A stretch of DNA of 64,000 nucleotides, from assembly GCA_963765765.1 (NCBI GenBank), contig CAVXYC010000023.1:384001-448000 (forward strand), given 5' to 3'. How positions within the stretch are numbered: the first letter of the stretch is position 1; the number at the start of each line of letters is the position of its first letter. The position numbers and the translations under genes were made by a program. The notes below the pieces were generated by a model. That model worked only from the letters and a program-made list of their open reading frames with translations. It was not told where the DNA came from and did not search any database. This document shows positions 60,943-64,000 of this stretch, in pieces. The DNA comes from an uncultured Chloroflexia bacterium (lineage in GTDB: Bacteria > Chloroflexota > UBA6077 > JACCZL01).

Positions 60943-61500
60943 ATGTTCAAGCTCGAGCGCTTTATCGAAAAATGTCATGACGCGCTGAGAGAACAGAGTC
61001 CTCAAGCAGCGATGAACGAGCTCATGCGGCAAACGGTATTGGAACCCGCCGGGGTAGCAGCCGAGCTGGGTGAGCCTACCGAGGGAGGTATCACCGTTCT
61101 GCACCGTTCCGCGGAGCTCACCGTTCTCAATGTGGTTTGGGCGCCTGACATGTCAGTCAATCCGCACAATCACTGCATGTGGGCGGTCATCGGCGTGTAT
61201 GGCGGCACCGAAGACAACACCTTTTTCCGACGTGCCGGCGTTGGGTTCGAGCAAGTTGGCGGCAGGTCAATCGAGGAGCGTGATACGTTGACCCTCGGCG
61301 AGCATGGTATTCATGCCGTTCGCAACTCGCTCACGCAACTCACCGGCGGCCTCCATGTCTACGGCGGCGATTTTCTTGGCGCGGATCGTCGAATATGGGA
61401 CCCAGAGACGTGGGAAGAAAGCGCCTACGATCCCCAGAGGACGATGCGACAGTTCACCGAAGCAAATGAGCGCTGGGCGGCGAAGCAAGGTCAGACCTAG
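60943..61500 (+). CDS. Cupin, cysteine dioxygenase type I-like
   Basis: VVWAPDM...PHNH.MWAVIGVYGG.E.N, GIHAV.N, LHVYGGDF. Confidence 0.8.
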   Translation: MFKLERFIEKCHDALREQSPQAAMNELMRQTVLEPAGVAAELGEPTEGGITVLHRSAELTVLNVVWAPDMSVNPHNHCMWAVIGVYGGTEDNTFFRRAGVGFEQVGGRSIEERDTLTLGEHGIHAVRNSLTQLTGGLHVYGGDFLGADRRIWDPETWEESAYDPQRTMRQFTEANERWAAKQGQT

Positions 61501-61507
61501 ACGGGCA

Positions 61508-61636
61508 CTGGGACCGCCGACATCCTGTCGGCTCGGCCCATCGCAGGGCCGCCTCAAGTGAATCAGGCAGCAGATGTTGTGGCCACCGCGATCCGTCCCC
61601 TCAGGGGCCGGGCCGACAAGATGTCGGCGGTCCCAG
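61508..61636. repeat. Inverted REP doublet (32-bp arms, 2 mismatches)
   Basis: CTGGGACCGCCGACATCCTGTCGGCTCGGCCC / GGGCCGGGCCGACAAGATGTCGGCGGTCCCAG. Confidence 0.9.
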
Positions 61637-61730
61637 CGGGTGCGGCGGCGCTCTGCATCTGATCGTTCCACTGCTAGACTAGTAGCACGCGACCACGCTC
61701 AACGAAGATCGCGCTTAGCGGAGGGCAGGC

Positions 61731-62819
61731 ATGAAGTTCGGAACGTTCCACTTGCTCCAGTGGCACGAGGGTAAGAGCCAGGCGCAGGTATTCAAGGAGA
61801 CGGTGGAGTTGGTGAAGCTCTCGGAGGAGCTTGGGTTTGACTCAGTCTGGCTGGCCGACCACCACTTCTCCCGCTACGGTCTCGGCTCGTCGGTGCTCAC
61901 CATTGCCTCGCACCTGGCGGGCGTGACTTCCAAGCTGAAGATCGGCACCGCCGTCGTCGTTCTGCCCTTCTACAACCCCCTGACCGTGGCCGAGGTCGCC
62001 GCGACCGTAGACAACTTGAGCGACGGTCGACTGATCCTCGGGGTTGGGCGCGGCTACCAGTGGTCCGAGTTTCACCGACACAACGTGCCGTTTGAGGAGT
62101 CGCGCGATCGGTTCGACGAGGCGCTGGAGATCATTCTGCGCGCCTGGACCGAAGAGGAGCTGAACTATCAGGGCAAGTTCTGGCAGATCAACGGCGCTGA
62201 AGTACTGCCCAAGCCGATTCAGAAGCCGCATCCGCCTATTGCCGTGGCCACTCTCTCACAGGATGGTTTCCGCAACGCCGCGCGACGCGGCCAGAGCGTG
62301 ATCTGTGGCGGGTCCACCGGAACTGTCGCGGGAATTACTCAGAACCTGGCGCTATATCGCGATTCGCTGGCTAGCGCCGGCTTTGCCTACGATCCCGGCA
62401 GCGTCATCATCTCCCGTCCGGTCTACGTTGGCCGCACGCGAGAAGAGGCAAAGGCCGTCGCCGGCGGAGCAGAGCGCCTGAACTGGTTCCTGGACGCTCA
62501 GCGTCGCGTGGCTCTGCCACCGGCGGATCGATGGGACTTGGTGCCGGAGAAGGAGCGCCCAGTCATCGAGCGCATGCGCTGGCGCAGCGAGCTGACCTGG
62601 GATGAAGCGTTCGATACGATGGGCATTTCAGGCTCACCCGACGACTGTATCCAGCAGCTTGAAGAGCTGGACGGCATCGTGGGCGGCCTCGAGACGCTGA
62701 TCTGCAGCTTCGCCTTGGGCGGCTTTGATTTCAAACAGACGGCTGCGTCGATGGAGCTGTTTGCCAGAGAAGTGATGCCGAGGTTTGCTGAGAGGCCGTT
62801 AGCCACTGCGGCCGGTTAA
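61731..62819 (+). CDS. LLM-class flavin-dependent oxidoreductase (luciferase-like)
   Basis: GFDSVWLADHHF, IGTAVVVLP, GRLILGVGRGY, PKPIQKPHPP. Confidence 0.95.
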   Translation: MKFGTFHLLQWHEGKSQAQVFKETVELVKLSEELGFDSVWLADHHFSRYGLGSSVLTIASHLAGVTSKLKIGTAVVVLPFYNPLTVAEVAATVDNLSDGRLILGVGRGYQWSEFHRHNVPFEESRDRFDEALEIILRAWTEEELNYQGKFWQINGAEVLPKPIQKPHPPIAVATLSQDGFRNAARRGQSVICGGSTGTVAGITQNLALYRDSLASAGFAYDPGSVIISRPVYVGRTREEAKAVAGGAERLNWFLDAQRRVALPPADRWDLVPEKERPVIERMRWRSELTWDEAFDTMGISGSPDDCIQQLEELDGIVGGLETLICSFALGGFDFKQTAASMELFAREVMPRFAERPLATAAG

Positions 62820-62838
62820 GTTGTAGGCGCTCGCCTGA

Positions 62839-62886
62839 GATCCCACCCCAGCCCTCCCCGCGCACGGAGAGGGCTGGGGTGGGGTC
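62839..62886. terminator. C-rich/G-rich hairpin between convergent genes
   Basis: GATCCCACCCCAGCCCTCCCCG-CGCA-CGGAGAGGGCTGGGGTGGGGTC; no U-tract, so it may be a repeat element rather than an intrinsic terminator. Confidence 0.6.
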
Positions 62887-62906
62887 CTCGCTGCGTCTTG
62901 GAAGTG

Positions 62907-64000
62907 CTATTTAAAGAAGATCTTGTCCATGGCCTCAACGTACTCGTTGGAGTTCTCAATCTGCTCCGCGGTACGTTGTTTCGGTTTCACTTCGGCGGCC
63001 GAGGGCCAACCCGCGGGTGGTGGCGCGCCGGGCAGTACGCCATAGACGCCGACCTTCTCGCCCAGGATCTTCTGGCCCTCCTCAGAGAGGGCAAAGCTTA
63101 TCCACAGCTTGGCCACGTCCTGCCCGGGCGCGTTCTTCACCAGGCCCACGTTGCTGATGACGCCCGTGGTGCTGCCCTCACGCAGCCAGACGATCTTGAC
63201 CGGCGCGTTCTTCTCCAATCCGAGAATCTCGCTGGTTACGTTGACGGGTAGAAAGAGCGCGTACTCCCCGCGCGCCACCTGCGGCGGCGCGGCGTCGCGG
63301 TCGCGCACGAACGTCGGCTCCTGGGCTTTGAGCTTCTCCATCCACTCCTGCCCGAGGTCGTCATAGGTGACAGTGAACCAATCCGTGCCCGGGCCATTCC
63401 CCCGAGGATCCTCGAACAGCAGCTTGCCCTTACCCTTCCAGAACGGATCCAGCAAGTCCTCGCGTTTGGTGGGTATCTTGTCTGCCGGAACCAGGCTGGT
63501 GTTTACGACGACGCCGAACATGTTCTGGCTCACCGCGATGCGAGCTTTTGACGGAGGAATAGTCTGAGGTAGCAGATCCCTGGTTGGCGGACCCTCCCAC
63601 TCGACGAAGTAGCCCTGCTGATCCATGCCGTAGAGCGAAGTTGCGCCACCCCACACGACGTTGGCGATGTGCCTGCCGCTAGCCGTTTCCGCACCGATGC
63701 GCTGGAACGTCTCGATACCGCGGAGATTGACCGACTCAGCGGATGTCCCCGGGAATTTTTGTTTGAACGCTTCGATGAACGGCTGGTACTCGGGACCCGG
63801 GCCATACTGGACGACGTTCATTTCACCTGAGGCACGCGCCTTCTGGTAGTACTCATCCAGCTTTGCCGCGACCGGGTCTGATTTGGTCGCCGCGGCTGGC
63901 GCTGCTTTCTCGGCCGGTTTCTCCGCGGCGGGGGCTGGCTTCTCGGCCGCCGGTTTTTCAGCGGCGGTTGTCGGAGCGGCCGCAGGCTTAGCCGGCGCGG
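62907..64000 (-). CDS. ABC transporter solute-binding protein (5' end outside window)
   Basis: Open frame to the window end with PAAEKPA linker; shares DPRG.GP, QVARGEYA and APGQDVAKL with 7675..8775. Confidence 0.85.
   Translation of the reverse strand, partial: APAKPAAAPTTAAEKPAAEKPAPAAEKPAEKAAPAAATKSDPVAAKLDEYYQKARASGEMNVVQYGPGPEYQPFIEAFKQKFPGTSAESVNLRGIETFQRIGAETASGRHIANVVWGGATSLYGMDQQGYFVEWEGPPTRDLLPQTIPPSKARIAVSQNMFGVVVNTSLVPADKIPTKREDLLDPFWKGKGKLLFEDPRGNGPGTDWFTVTYDDLGQEWMEKLKAQEPTFVRDRDAAPPQVARGEYALFLPVNVTSEILGLEKNAPVKIVWLREGSTTGVISNVGLVKNAPGQDVAKLWISFALSEEGQKILGEKVGVYGVLPGAPPPAGWPSAAEVKPKQRTAEQIENSNEYVEAMDKIFFK

Noticed and set aside
1-64000. tRNA, rRNA, known riboswitches, prophage, integrase, transposase or reverse transcriptase
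   Set aside because: None recognised by eye; a covariance-model and HMM scan would be needed to exclude divergent examples.

Overview
High-GC bacterial chromosome segment with about 65 genes. Gene content suggests Chloroflexota (inference): orphan solute-binding proteins with Ala/Pro/Lys linkers, Rieske oxygenases, LLM/F420 oxidoreductases, PAC2, rpsU and dnaE. About 17 ordinary genes carry small indels, most simply long-read consensus errors. I saw no rRNA, tRNA, CRISPR array, integrase or transposase. Most genes are catabolic or redox enzymes, plus DNA-damage and resistance-type genes (alkA, an Ada-like protein, two AlkZ-like glycosylases, an AAC(3)-IV-like acetyltransferase, an RPH-like phosphotransferase, a ChrA pair) and four toxin-antitoxin loci, two of them decayed. 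Three observations stand out. (1) A DUF433/DUF5615 toxin-antitoxin fragment at 54.27-54.78 kb sits between 25-bp direct repeats next to a palindrome and appears hypermutated specifically at + strand cytosines (hand count about 14% C vs 34% G), with a mirror-image G deficit on the other side of nearby palindromes. (2) A tightly coupled AbrB-PemK-small protein-Rad50-like zinc-hook ATPase operon, followed by DUF488, at 20.4-23.6 kb looks like an undescribed defence or stress module. (3) Many intergenic gaps hold palindromic mini-elements of several unrelated families. All family assignments come from motif recognition by eye, not database searches.
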